From positions 559,062 through 623,061 of the forward strand of contig MEZX01000002.1 in assembly GCA_001774395.1 (NCBI GenBank): 64,000 nt of DNA, read 5' to 3'. Numbering within the stretch: position 1 is the stretch's first letter; each line of letters starts with the position of its first letter. The DNA comes from Candidatus Berkelbacteria bacterium RIFCSPLOWO2_01_FULL_50_28. Its GTDB lineage: Bacteria; Patescibacteriota; UBA1384; 2-12-FULL-50-11. A program made the translations under genes and the position numbers. This document shows, piece after piece, positions 43,734 through 53,427 of the stretch. Under the pieces are notes generated by a model that saw only the letters and a list, made by a program, of their open reading frames with translations, was not told the DNA's origin and searched no databases.

Positions 43734-44864
43734 TCAAACGGAAGCTCGCTTTTTTAGCCGAGCAACTTCTGAGGTAATAAAACGGCAGTCAGCCGCTGTT
43801 GTGGCCCGGCCAAGAGAAATCCTTACGGTGCGATTCATCTCCTCAGCAGACAGACCGATACTAGTTAAAACATGGGAGTCATTGAGCGATTTTGAGCTGC
43901 AGGCCGAACCAGCAGATACAGCCACACCTGCGCGATCCAGCCAAGCGACGAGATTAGTTTCCGTGGTTGGTATAATTGCCGACAGATGGTTAGGCAGCCG
44001 TAGCCCATGCAATACGTTTATGCGACAGCCGATTTCGCTTAATTTTGCTTGTAAACTATCGCGTAGCTGCCCAATTTGCTTGCAATCCTCGGATCTGCGC
44101 TTGGCAGTCATCTCGCAAGCTTTGGCTAGCCCAATAATTCCAGGGACGTTCTCCGTACCGCTACGCAGAGATTGCTGCTGACCACCGCCGTATAAAATTG
44201 GAAAGATGTTGACCCCTTTGCGCACATACAAAACGGCGATGCCCTTTGGCCCGTACATTTTTGAGCCGTTGAAGGATAGTAAATCAACGCCGAGTTTTTC
44301 GACATCTAGATCCAAAAATGCCGCCGCCTGGCAAGCGTCGGTGTGGAAATACGCACCGTGTTTTTTGGTGATTTTGGAGAGCTCGGCGATATTTTGAATG
44401 ACGCCGATTTCTGAATTAGCTAAATGAATCGAGACTAGGACAGTCTCTTTCGTCAGCGCTTTTTTGAGTTCGTCGACTTCAACCAAACCGTCCTTGGTCA
44501 CCGGCAGATAGGTCATTTCCCAGCCGTCTTTGGCCAGCGCTCGACAGGCGTTTAAGACGCTGGGGTGTTCGATAGAGGAGGTAATTATATGTTGACCACT
44601 ATTTTTGTTGGCCTTGGCCACGCCGATGATGGCTAGATTATTACTTTCCGTCCCACCGCTAGTGAAAATTATTTCCTCCGGCTTGGAGTTTAGGAATTTA
44701 GCAATCGTTTGCGTCGATGTGATTATCGCATTATCAGCCGCGCGCCCAAAACTATGAACGCTCGATGCATTACCAAAAATTTCCGTCTGATACGGATCCA
44801 TCGCATGTACAACGCGAGGATCAGTCGGAGTAGCGGCAGCATAGTCAGCATAAACTCGTTTCAT
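43734..44864 (-). CDS. Cysteine desulfurase (class V aminotransferase, NifS/IscS-like)
   Basis: 376 aa with the PLP-lysine region (…SFNGSKMYGPKG…) and the C-terminal catalytic Cys loop (SAGSACSS). Confidence 0.88.
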   Translation of the reverse strand: MKRVYADYAAATPTDPRVVHAMDPYQTEIFGNASSVHSFGRAADNAIITSTQTIAKFLNSKPEEIIFTSGGTESNNLAIIGVAKANKNSGQHIITSSIEHPSVLNACRALAKDGWEMTYLPVTKDGLVEVDELKKALTKETVLVSIHLANSEIGVIQNIAELSKITKKHGAYFHTDACQAAAFLDLDVEKLGVDLLSFNGSKMYGPKGIAVLYVRKGVNIFPILYGGGQQQSLRSGTENVPGIIGLAKACEMTAKRRSEDCKQIGQLRDSLQAKLSEIGCRINVLHGLRLPNHLSAIIPTTETNLVAWLDRAGVAVSAGSACSSKSLNDSHVLTSIGLSAEEMNRTVRISLGRATTAADCRFITSEVARLKKRASV

Positions 44865-44914
44865 ATATGGGCAAATTCTACCAGAGAAATCGTTACAGAT
44901 ATAGCCACAGGTGC

Positions 44915-44942
44915 TTGACGTTCGTCGTAAGAATCATATAAT
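44915..44942 (+). promoter_or_regulatory. Sigma70-like promoter TTGACG-16nt-TATAAT upstream of the OPRT-like gene
   Basis: Near-consensus hexamers seen directly, 36 nt upstream of the GTG start. Confidence 0.5.
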
Positions 44943-44978
44943 TACCGTTATCCACCAAGAAAGAGCAGGAGAATTACC

Positions 44979-45650
44979 GTGTCTATTTCGAACCCGGCGC
45001 CTAGCGCCACTAAGTACCTTTCAGTTGATGGCAATGTGGCTAATCTCATCCGCGAGCGGGGATACGTGATTAGCGGGGGTCATTTCGATATCGGGGGTGG
45101 CTTCCACAGCGAAAGCTGGGTCTACAAAGACCCAATGCTCGCTGACCCGCAAGTGCTTAAGGAACTCTGCCGGCCCATGGCATTTAAGCTCAGGAGCATG
45201 GAGTTTGAGCATGAAATGGAGAGAATTGACGCATTTGCCGGACGAGCCAATGGAGGCCTGGTTATCGCCTCCCAGTTGAGCGTGCACGCCAGAACGAGGA
45301 CGGAGTGTTACTTCGCCGAGGAAACCCACCTCGGGCTCAAGTTTCGGCCGAGCTTCTCGGAGGCTCTCAAGGGAAAACGCGTGGTCGTCGCGGGTGTGGT
45401 CATCACTACCGGACGAACGATCAGGGAAGTGGCTGACGAAGTCCGAAGACAAGGCGGCGAGGTTGTTGGAGCGGTGGCTTGGTTCAGACGGACGTTGACC
45501 GGCCCAGGCGACCTTGGTAACGTTCCGTTCGTCCTAACGCTGAACCGCGACTGTCTGCAGACCTGGGCCGAACAGACTTGCCCACTTTGTGAGCAAGGCA
45601 CGCCGCTCAGCAATGAGCACGGCATCCACCTACCAGACAGGTTCTGCTGA
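44979..45650 (+). CDS. Type I phosphoribosyltransferase, orotate-PRTase-like
   Basis: 223 aa with a PRPP-binding loop (VVVAGVVITTGRTIREV). GTG start with an AGGAG SD. Confidence 0.6.
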   Translation: MSISNPAPSATKYLSVDGNVANLIRERGYVISGGHFDIGGGFHSESWVYKDPMLADPQVLKELCRPMAFKLRSMEFEHEMERIDAFAGRANGGLVIASQLSVHARTRTECYFAEETHLGLKFRPSFSEALKGKRVVVAGVVITTGRTIREVADEVRRQGGEVVGAVAWFRRTLTGPGDLGNVPFVLTLNRDCLQTWAEQTCPLCEQGTPLSNEHGIHLPDRFC

Positions 45651-45704
45651 TCCCAGAACCAGTAGTCCCAAGCCCCTCCCACCCAGGAGGGGAATTAATT
45701 ACCC

Positions 45705-46400
45705 CTAAACACTTTCCGTAGACAGAACGGCGACCTCGGTTTTTCCGCGAAGTGTATTCTGAAAACGGTTGGCCTCGGCCACTGAGCCCAGAATTTTACC
45801 GTAATGCATCGGAATAGTTAGATCGGCCTCAATCATCTCAGCCGCCTTAATCGCCTCTTCTAGCGTCATCACAAACGTTCCGGAGATCGGCAGAAAAGCG
45901 ACATCAATTTTTTTGACTGACTCCATCTCCGGAATCATATCGGTGTCGCCGGCATGGTAAAAGCGCACATTTTTCGAGCCATCAACGGGAATCTCCACCA
46001 CAAATCCTACGCCGCCCAATTCTTTGGGATGAAACACTTCGGTTGGGGTGCGAAATTTATCGATGTTGTAGGCGGGAATCGCCCAGTAAGTTACCTTGTC
46101 GTCTTTTATCTTTTCCTCACCTGCATAAGTTACCCACTGACTGCCGAATTCCTTCAGCTCTTCTTCGCAACAAGCTGGGGCAACGATTTTGGTTTTAGGG
46201 CCGAGAAGTTTACGAATCGAAGATGCGTCACAGTGATCGAAGTGGGAGTGCGAAACGAAGATGTAATCTACTGGAGCAACTTCGCCCTTCACGTCATACG
46301 GGTCAAAGGCGAAACTAATGTTCTGTTCCTCGTTCTCAACCAAAAAACCGTCGTGACAGAGTGCGGTAATCTTAAAATTTTTGTAGTTCGTTTCGCGCAT
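45705..46400 (-). CDS. Metallo-beta-lactamase-fold hydrolase (UPF0173-like)
   Basis: 231 aa with HSHFDH and downstream His/Asp metal ligands. Confidence 0.75.
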   Translation of the reverse strand: MRETNYKNFKITALCHDGFLVENEEQNISFAFDPYDVKGEVAPVDYIFVSHSHFDHCDASSIRKLLGPKTKIVAPACCEEELKEFGSQWVTYAGEEKIKDDKVTYWAIPAYNIDKFRTPTEVFHPKELGGVGFVVEIPVDGSKNVRFYHAGDTDMIPEMESVKKIDVAFLPISGTFVMTLEEAIKAAEMIEADLTIPMHYGKILGSVAEANRFQNTLRGKTEVAVLSTESV

Positions 46401-47398
46401 TATTTCCCCACGATTAGCGCTAATTCAACCAGACGGCAGGAGTAACCATATTCGTTATCGTACCACGCAACGACCTTGACCATGTCGCCGTCAACGACTT
46501 TGGTAAGTTCCAAATCGACAATGGCCGATGCTGAATTGCCAACGATGTCGCTGGAGACAATAGGTTTATCGGTAACTTCCAGAATGCCGCGAAAGCGTGG
46601 TTCTTTGGCCGCTTCGCTCAACGCTTCGTTGACCTCCTCAACTGTCGTTTTCTTTTTGACGATAAATGTGATGTCGGACAGCGAGCCGACCGGCGTTGGA
46701 ACACGGATTGCCAGGCCATCGAATAAGCCCTTCAGTTCGGGAATGACTTCGGTGGTGGAAAGAGCGGCACCGGTGGTGGTGGGGACGATGTTTTCCGCCG
46801 CAGCACGGGCTCGTCGTAGATCTTTGTGCGGTCCGTCCTGCAGATTCTGGTCAGCCGTGTAGGAATGGATGGTTGTCATCATCGCCTTCAATACGCCAAA
46901 CTCGCGATTAATGACGGCCACCACCGGCGTAATGCAATTGGTGGTACAGGATGCGTTGGAAATAATCGGGTCATCGGATTTTATATCGCCTTCGTTGACG
47001 GAAATAATATGAGTCGACATTGATCCTTTCGGCGGTGCCGAGATAATCACCCGCTTGGCACCGGCGGTAATATGACCCATGGCCGTTTCTTTTTCGGTAA
47101 AAAACCCTGTGCATTCCAACACGACATCGACTTCCAAATCTTTCCACGGCAATTTGGTCGGGTCTTTTTCGGCAAAGCTAGGAACCTTTTCGCCGTTGAT
47201 AATTAAATGCTCACCGTCGGCATCAGCGGAGATTTCGCCCGACCATGTGCCGTAATTAGAATCGTACTTAAATAAATGCGCAAGTGTAGCGTCGTCGGTT
47301 AGGTCGTTGACTGCCACCAATTTCGCGTCTTTCTTCTCCAATAAAATCTTGGCCGCTGTCCGCCCAATCCGCCCAAAACCATTGATGGCGATGTTCAT
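46400..47398 (-). CDS. gap: Glyceraldehyde-3-phosphate dehydrogenase
   Basis: Start chosen at MNIAINGFGRIGR, the NAD-binding motif, giving 333 aa. The track ORF extends 51 codons upstream in-frame, but those lack similarity. Catalytic SCTTNC present. Confidence 0.93.
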   Translation of the reverse strand: MNIAINGFGRIGRTAAKILLEKKDAKLVAVNDLTDDATLAHLFKYDSNYGTWSGEISADADGEHLIINGEKVPSFAEKDPTKLPWKDLEVDVVLECTGFFTEKETAMGHITAGAKRVIISAPPKGSMSTHIISVNEGDIKSDDPIISNASCTTNCITPVVAVINREFGVLKAMMTTIHSYTADQNLQDGPHKDLRRARAAAENIVPTTTGAALSTTEVIPELKGLFDGLAIRVPTPVGSLSDITFIVKKKTTVEEVNEALSEAAKEPRFRGILEVTDKPIVSSDIVGNSASAIVDLELTKVVDGDMVKVVAWYDNEYGYSCRLVELALIVGK

Positions 47399-47665
47399 CT
47401 TTACCACCATACCACGCCTAAAAACTACCAGCAAAACCCTTGACTTTTCAGGGTAGGTGTGGTAGACTCCACCCATAACGTTTGGGTGCGACATAGCCAG
47501 CCCCCGAGCGCACTGCCAAGCGGCAGAAGCGGCGGGGGCTTTCACATACCCCAAGATTTTTGCAAACCCAACCTGAAGGGCTGTCCTTCTTCTGTACGGC
47601 GACAGGTAGAGGACAGGCCTTTACCTGTAAACTTTTTGTCATTGACGACCGATTTTTAAGTTACT

Positions 47666-47884
47666 ATGGTGGTAGAAATGCTAGAGAAATCTGACTTACA
47701 ACAAATTAGGGAGGTAATTTCCGAAGAGATTGCTCCGGTCAAAAAGAGTCTACACAGACTCGAAGTTGAGTCCAGAAAAACACGGAAAGATATCAATATG
47801 ATAATTGGCGTGTTTGACGTAAAGGACAAAGAGCTCGAGACGAGAATCGAACGACTCGAAACGAAGGTTGGAATCGTCAACTAG
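47666..47884 (+). CDS. Small coiled-coil hypothetical protein (72 aa)
   Basis: ORF with heptad-like charged repeats. No family recognised. Confidence 0.35.
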   Translation: MVVEMLEKSDLQQIREVISEEIAPVKKSLHRLEVESRKTRKDINMIIGVFDVKDKELETRIERLETKVGIVN

Positions 47885-48723
47885 GCCTTGTCGCTACTGC
47901 CGAACAAGCGGATGTGTTTGATAACTTCGTCGCGGATTTCGTCGCGCGAGGGGGCAAGCTCTTCGCGCGGGTCATAGATATCTGCATCCTTAAGTGTTCG
48001 GCGCAGTTCGCGGGTGAAGGCCAAGCGCAGATCGGTATCGATATTAATTTTGCAAATTCCTAAACTAATCGCCTCGCGAACAACTTTTTCGTCCGTACTA
48101 GACGCGCCGTGCAGAACTAACGGCACGTCAACGGCCTTATTTATTTCAGCGAGTAGCTCTAAATCTAGCTTTTCGTGTGGCAGCGGCTTGCCATGCGTAG
48201 AGCCAATCGATACCGCAAAGGCGTCAACGTTAGTTTCACGCACAAATTGAGCGGCGCGTTTCGGATCGGTAAAATGACCGCGATTGCCATCGACATAGTC
48301 TTCCCGCCCTCCGATTTGATCTTCTTCTGCTTCAACGGTCGCGCCAAGATGGTGGGCCTTAGAGACAAACTCTTTCACGAACTCAATTCGCTCATCTTTG
48401 GGCATTTTCGAGACATCAAGCATGACCGAGCTGAAACCAATTTTGAGCGAATCTTCGACCATAGGAAAATTTCGACCGTGATCAAAGTGAATACAAACAG
48501 GCACAACTGCCCGGTCGGCCAAAGTTTTGGCAACAGCAAAGGCTAAATCTAAGCCCATATAGTCAATGGTTTTTTCGCTAACTTGTAAAATAACCGGAGA
48601 CTTTTCTTCCTCGCCGGCTTCAATAATTGCCATCGCCGATTCGAGCGTGGTCATATTGTAACCACCGACGGCATAGTGCTCGCGATCAGCTTTCTGCAGC
48701 ATTGAACGCAAATTAACTAGCAT
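47881..48723 (-). CDS. fba: Fructose-bisphosphate aldolase class II
   Basis: 280 aa with the class II aldolase zinc ligands (…IHFDHG…, …HGASS…). Confidence 0.9.
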   Translation of the reverse strand: MLVNLRSMLQKADREHYAVGGYNMTTLESAMAIIEAGEEEKSPVILQVSEKTIDYMGLDLAFAVAKTLADRAVVPVCIHFDHGRNFPMVEDSLKIGFSSVMLDVSKMPKDERIEFVKEFVSKAHHLGATVEAEEDQIGGREDYVDGNRGHFTDPKRAAQFVRETNVDAFAVSIGSTHGKPLPHEKLDLELLAEINKAVDVPLVLHGASSTDEKVVREAISLGICKINIDTDLRLAFTRELRRTLKDADIYDPREELAPSRDEIRDEVIKHIRLFGSSDKA

Positions 48724-48843
48724 GGTAAGTAATTTTCAATTTACAATTTCTAATTTCCATTGAATTTCCAATGTTCCAATGTTTGAAAATTGATTCATTG
48801 AGAATTGATTGAAAATTGATAAATGAAAATTGATAATTCGTGT

Positions 48844-49809
48844 TCATTTTCTTTTGATTACTCTCTCCACTGCCTCAATAATGTGTTGGGTCGTCAGGCC
48901 GTAATGTTCCATCAACTCCTCCGGTTTGCCGGATTCGCCGAAAGTATCTTTGATGCCAACCCGTTCCAGTGGCACCGGGTAACTTTCAGCCAGAACTTCC
49001 GCAACCGCCCCGCCAAGACCGCCGGCAATTTGGTGCTCCTCGGCTGTGACGATCGCTCCAGATTCCTTGGCCGCTTCGATTATTGCTTTGATATCGATCG
49101 GTTTTATGGTGTGAAGATTAATTACGCCAACCGACAATTTGCCGTCGAGTTTCTGGGCGGCTTCCAGCGCGAACGCTACCATCTGACCGCAAGCAATTAT
49201 CGTTACATCGCTTCCCGCCAGGATTTGAGTAGCTCGCCCCAAAACAAACGGTGTTTCGTCAGTGGTCATAACAGGGGTTTTCTCGCGACCGAAGCGAATG
49301 TAGGACGGCCCGATGTGTTTGGCTAAGGCGATTGTGGCTTTTTTGGTTTCGATGGAATCCGCTGGCACAACGACCGTCATGTTTGGCAGGACTCGGGTGA
49401 TCGCAATATCTTCCAAAGCCTGATGGGTAGCGCCATCCGGACCGACGGAAATACCTGCATGCGCCCCGACTACTTTAACGTTGGCTTTTGAATAGCATAT
49501 GCTAACTCTTACTTGATCCCAATTCCGACCCGGTGAAAAGACCGCGTAAGAAGTTATGAACGGGATTTTCCCACTTAGAGCGAGCCCTGCCGCGACTCCA
49601 GCCATATTCTGCTCGGCTACGCCCATCTCAATAAATCTCTCGGGAAAGTTTTCAGCAAATTTCTCAACCCTGGTGCTTTCTTTGAGATCACCCGTAAGCA
49701 CAACGACGTCACCGTTCGTTTTTCCAAGACATACCAAACCTTCACCAAAACCGTCTCGCGGCGCGATTTGTTGTGTGAAATCCATGCTAATCGGTACCAA
49801 ATACTTCAT
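48844..49809 (-). CDS. Transketolase, C-terminal subunit (split tkt)
   Basis: 321 aa covering the Pyr and C-terminal transketolase domains (…GVAEQNMAGVAAGLA…). Confidence 0.9.
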   Translation of the reverse strand: MKYLVPISMDFTQQIAPRDGFGEGLVCLGKTNGDVVVLTGDLKESTRVEKFAENFPERFIEMGVAEQNMAGVAAGLALSGKIPFITSYAVFSPGRNWDQVRVSICYSKANVKVVGAHAGISVGPDGATHQALEDIAITRVLPNMTVVVPADSIETKKATIALAKHIGPSYIRFGREKTPVMTTDETPFVLGRATQILAGSDVTIIACGQMVAFALEAAQKLDGKLSVGVINLHTIKPIDIKAIIEAAKESGAIVTAEEHQIAGGLGGAVAEVLAESYPVPLERVGIKDTFGESGKPEELMEHYGLTTQHIIEAVERVIKRK

Positions 49810-50651
49810 TACTCGTGCTCACTCTTTATTTTACCGCGAAGGGTGCGAAGCTCGTGTAACGCTAACTTGGCTTCACCGCTCTTGGGCGTTTTGCCGTGCC
49901 AGTGATAGTCGTTTTCCATGAAATCCACGCCCTTGCCAGGGATAGTGTGGGCAATAATTACCGTCGGTTTTTCAAACACGGCTTTAGCGTGACGGAGACA
50001 ACCGATAATATCCTCGAAATTATGGCCATCCATTTCCAGGACGTGCCACCCGAAAGCCTGATATTTTTCAACTATTGGTTCAAGTGGCATCACGTCTTCG
50101 GTGAAACCATCAATTTGAATATTATTGCGGTCGATAATCGCCGTCAGATTGTGAAGATTATACTTGCCGGCAAACATCGCCGCTTCCCATACTTGACCTT
50201 CGTTTTGCTCGCCGTCCGACATCACACAATAAACGCGCCACTTGCTAGCATCCAGTTTGGCAGCATATGCCATGCCGCAGGCCTGGCTTAATCCTTGGCC
50301 GAGCGGACCGGAGGTATTTTCAATGCCCGGTAGTGCCAAGTTGTGCGGGTGGCCTTGCAAGCGAGAACCAAATTTTCGTAGTGTTTTCAGCTCTTCTCGG
50401 CGGAAAAATCCGCGATGAGCAAGCACAGTATATAGAACAGGGCAGATGTGTCCGCAAGACAATACTAGTCGATCGCGTTCAGCCCAGTCTGGTTTTTCGG
50501 GGTCAATTTTAAGGATGTTAAAATAAAGAGCAGTGAAAACATCAGTCATGCCTAAAGGCCCCGCCGAGTGTCCCGAGCCAGCTTCAACAAGCATATCAAT
50601 GATATCGGCCCGAATATCTGTCGCCTTTAGTTCGAGTTGTTTTGTGTTCAT
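49809..50651 (-). CDS. Transketolase, N-terminal subunit (split tkt)
   Basis: 280 aa with the TPP-binding domain (…SGHSAGPLGMTDV…, GDGEQNEG). Confidence 0.9.
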   Translation of the reverse strand: MNTKQLELKATDIRADIIDMLVEAGSGHSAGPLGMTDVFTALYFNILKIDPEKPDWAERDRLVLSCGHICPVLYTVLAHRGFFRREELKTLRKFGSRLQGHPHNLALPGIENTSGPLGQGLSQACGMAYAAKLDASKWRVYCVMSDGEQNEGQVWEAAMFAGKYNLHNLTAIIDRNNIQIDGFTEDVMPLEPIVEKYQAFGWHVLEMDGHNFEDIIGCLRHAKAVFEKPTVIIAHTIPGKGVDFMENDYHWHGKTPKSGEAKLALHELRTLRGKIKSEHE

Positions 50652-51286
50652 TTAACCGCTTCTAACAGTTCCCGATAGCTTTCCTGCCAATCGTGATTGT
50701 CGTAAATACCAGAAGAAGCAATAAAGTAATTTGCGCCGGCAGATTTCAGTTTGGCGACATTGGACGCGTTCACTCCACCATCTACCGAAATTATTGAATG
50801 ATGGTCGAAGGCACGAAAATACGACACCGCGCTAACGGTCTGTGGCAGCTGCGGTTGGCCAGTTTTACCTGGAGTAACCCCCATTATTTGGATGTAATTG
50901 CTCACCCGCAGAAGTGGCTTGGAGGTAGCTAAATCAGTATCGGGGTTAACAGCAAAACCGAGTAGAATATCGAGCCTTCGGGCATCTCGCTCTAGTGATT
51001 CAATGTCAAACTCAGATTCAACGTGGACAATTGCCCGCGTAACTTTTTTTGCCTTAAGCGCCGAAAAGCAGGACTGCGGACTGCGAACCATCAAGTGCGC
51101 CTCGCTGTAACCCAAATCGAGCTCTGGCCACTCTTCGATCGGCAGGGTATGCCCTTTCACAAAATCATTATCTACCACATCAACGTGGATAGACTGTGTT
51201 GTGGCACGAGCAAATTCCAATCTTGCCAAGAAGCTTTCCTCGCTCAGAACTAAACACCCAGGCAAGATTAAACTTTTGCTACGCAT
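50648..51286 (-). CDS. rpe: Ribulose-phosphate 3-epimerase
   Basis: Start chosen at MRSKSLI, which overlaps the rpiB stop by 8 nt. Motifs IHVDVVDN, HLMV, …VNPDT…, MGVTPGKTGQ, VDGGVN. Confidence 0.85.
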   Translation of the reverse strand: MRSKSLILPGCLVLSEESFLARLEFARATTQSIHVDVVDNDFVKGHTLPIEEWPELDLGYSEAHLMVRSPQSCFSALKAKKVTRAIVHVESEFDIESLERDARRLDILLGFAVNPDTDLATSKPLLRVSNYIQIMGVTPGKTGQPQLPQTVSAVSYFRAFDHHSIISVDGGVNASNVAKLKSAGANYFIASSGIYDNHDWQESYRELLEAVK

Positions 51287-51704
51287 CCAACTGTTTAACC
51301 CGCCGTTTATAGCGGTCCAGGTGGCTAAACGTCGTCGAAAGAAAAGTGGAAACGATCTCCCAAGCATCTTCATTAGTAATCAGCCTTGCCGGTAAGCAGG
51401 CGATGTTAGCGTCTTCTTCTTCCCTGGAGCGACGTGCAACTGCTCTTCCCCAGAGCAGTGCCGCCCGAACACCCTTATGACGGTTTGCGGCAATTGACAC
51501 CCCAACCCCGCTGCCGCAGATTAATATGCCCTTACCACCGGTCTTAATCACTTCCTTGGCAACTCTGTTAGCCACTGCCGGATAATCGTCCTGTTCCGTT
51601 GAGAAAGTCCCAAAATCTTCGAAGGCCACCCCACGTGCGGCCATCTTGCTTCGAATAAACTCCTTCATATTGTATCCAGCGTGATCGGCGGCAATATAGA
51701 GCAT
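51279..51704 (-). CDS. rpiB: Ribose-5-phosphate isomerase B
   Basis: 141 aa, RpiB/LacAB family (…ILICGSGVGVSIAANR…). Confidence 0.88.
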   Translation of the reverse strand: MLYIAADHAGYNMKEFIRSKMAARGVAFEDFGTFSTEQDDYPAVANRVAKEVIKTGGKGILICGSGVGVSIAANRHKGVRAALLWGRAVARRSREEEDANIACLPARLITNEDAWEIVSTFLSTTFSHLDRYKRRVKQLDA

Positions 51705-51709
51705 CTCAG

Positions 51710-52723
51710 CTAATGACTAGCGATATTAACTGGATCGCCAGAAGTCATTCCTTCGATGTTCGCGATTGTGGTATCAAGAATATTCTTCAGTGACTCTTTA
51801 GAGTTGAAGGCGTTGTGGGGTGTGAGCAGAACTTTCGGGTGACTCATTAATTTATGGTTAGCCAAGGCTGTCTGGTATTCATGCAGCTTGAAATACGGCG
51901 AGAAGAACTCCTTCTCTTCCTTTAGTAACCCTTCGTCTTCCAAAACATCGATGCCGGCCTGAGAAACAATGCCTGATTCTAAGGCTTCGAGTAAAGCATC
52001 AACGTCGACTAGACCGCCGCGAGCGGTATTGAGTAGCACCACCCCGCGCTTCATTTGAGAGAACTGCTCCGAAGATAGCATATGCTGATTTTCGGGAGTG
52101 AGCGGAACATGAAGGGTGATTACATCACTGGCGTGGAAAAGCTGTGGCAAAGAAACATATTCCATCCCGTACTTTTCTGTTAGTTCTGGATTGGGTTTGG
52201 GATCGAATCCCAGTAGTCGCATATTCAAACCGAAAGCGATCCGTGTAACGTGAGCCCCAATTTTGCCAGTGCCAACGACGCCAAGCGTTTTACCCATAAG
52301 GTCCCAGCCCGACAGCCCGGCGTATTCGTAGACTCCCTCTCTGGTACGTTCAACTGAGGGCACAATATTACGCGACATGGCTAACAATAGAGCCATCGTG
52401 TGTTCGGCAACAGTATTGGGGCCGTAAGCCGGAACGTTGCTGACAGTGATATGATGACTCGCGGCAAACGGCAGGCTAATGTGGTCCGTCCCCACCGACA
52501 TTGTCGCAATACCTTTGAGCTGCGGTAGCTTTTCCAGAGTTTTCTCTGAAAGATCTGAGTAGATAAACGTCACCAAATACTGGGCCTTCTCGGCCTCGTG
52601 AATGTTTTCGTGGGTCAAACGGTGCGGAAAGAATTCCAGCCTAACCTTGTCGCCGAGCTTATCTTTTATGTATTCCTGTTCCCACGGCTCGGTCTCAAAA
52701 AACGTAACTGTTTTCCCCTCCAT
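51710..52723 (-). CDS. D-isomer-specific 2-hydroxyacid dehydrogenase (LdhA/SerA-like)
   Basis: 337 aa with the NAD-binding GVVGTGKIG motif and a catalytic Arg/Glu/His arrangement. Confidence 0.8.
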   Translation of the reverse strand: MEGKTVTFFETEPWEQEYIKDKLGDKVRLEFFPHRLTHENIHEAEKAQYLVTFIYSDLSEKTLEKLPQLKGIATMSVGTDHISLPFAASHHITVSNVPAYGPNTVAEHTMALLLAMSRNIVPSVERTREGVYEYAGLSGWDLMGKTLGVVGTGKIGAHVTRIAFGLNMRLLGFDPKPNPELTEKYGMEYVSLPQLFHASDVITLHVPLTPENQHMLSSEQFSQMKRGVVLLNTARGGLVDVDALLEALESGIVSQAGIDVLEDEGLLKEEKEFFSPYFKLHEYQTALANHKLMSHPKVLLTPHNAFNSKESLKNILDTTIANIEGMTSGDPVNIASH

Positions 52724-52796
52724 TAACTCTAAATTAGCTTAATTATGACTATAAAGGAAGCGTGACTTCTCGAGTGAGAAATCACGCTCTTTGGTC

Positions 52797-53261
52797 TTAG
52801 GGGGCAGTTGCCCTCCCTTCGTTGAGTCCATTTGTAGCCTCCGTGCTTGTTGCTGCTTGCGTCGGGACGATCCGGAACTGACCGCCAATAACGACGAAAC
52901 GGCCGACCACGACAACCGGCTTAACCAACAGACGGTCATGCCAATCACGCAACTCACCGCTATCCAACCGCAGGAGCAGATGATGATTCGCAGTCGGTCG
53001 CTTGAAGGTGCGACCAATTACCATTGTCCGCAGGGCTTGGCAGGCGTGTTGGTAAACCTCCCTTGAATCAACATCGCACAACCAGAAATCCTCCAAATCG
53101 ACGCCCTTTGGGTCGGCGTAGGCAACTGGGCTAGAGAGCTTATAGCCTCTGCTCAGTCCCCGCCGCTGCGCTTGCTGGACGATCTGGGTGTTCAGTTGGG
53201 CAAGGACGATATCACCTTGCAACGTATCCTTTCCAATTACCGAGTCACGTGGTTTAGCCAC
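52797..53261 (-). CDS. Hypothetical protein (154 aa)
   Basis: GTG start with consensus AGGAGG 6 nt upstream. No family recognised (…GRTFKRPTANHHLLLRLDSGELRDWHDR…). Confidence 0.5.
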   Translation of the reverse strand: MAKPRDSVIGKDTLQGDIVLAQLNTQIVQQAQRRGLSRGYKLSSPVAYADPKGVDLEDFWLCDVDSREVYQHACQALRTMVIGRTFKRPTANHHLLLRLDSGELRDWHDRLLVKPVVVVGRFVVIGGQFRIVPTQAATSTEATNGLNEGRATAP

Positions 53262-53356
53262 GGCTCACCTCCTAGCTCCAAATTTAAGGAGCAATTTCGA
53301 ACAGGCCCAGTTTACCCAAAACGTTACGTAAGGTAAAGTAGCATTACTACAATCGC

Positions 53357-53427
53357 GCGGGTGTGGTTCAATGGCAGAATATAACCTTCCCAAGGTTGAG
53401 ACGAGGGTTCGATTCCCTTCACCCGCT
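53357..53427 (+). tRNA. tRNA-Gly (anticodon CCC)
   Basis: Manual cloverleaf fold: acceptor GCGGGTG/CACCCGC, D-arm GTTC-AATGGCA-GAAT, anticodon arm TAACC-TTCCCAA-GGTTG, T-arm GAGGG-TTCGATT-CCCTT. CCA is not encoded. Confidence 0.8.

Noticed and set aside
46400-47554. Upstream extension of gap to 384 aa
   Set aside because: The extra 51 N-terminal residues have no similarity to GAPDH. The conserved NAD-binding N-terminus MNIAINGFGRIGR follows an internal ATG with an upstream purine-rich stretch.
47460-47560. SRP (4.5S) RNA candidate because of the CCAAGCGGCAGAAGC string
   Set aside because: It lacks the conserved GGAA tetraloop and the flanking domain IV helix-8 motif on either strand.
50648-51373. 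241-aa version of rpe overlapping rpiB by about 95 nt
   Set aside because: The internal start MRSKSL gives a normal-length epimerase with an 8-nt overlap to rpiB. The N-terminal extension has no homology.
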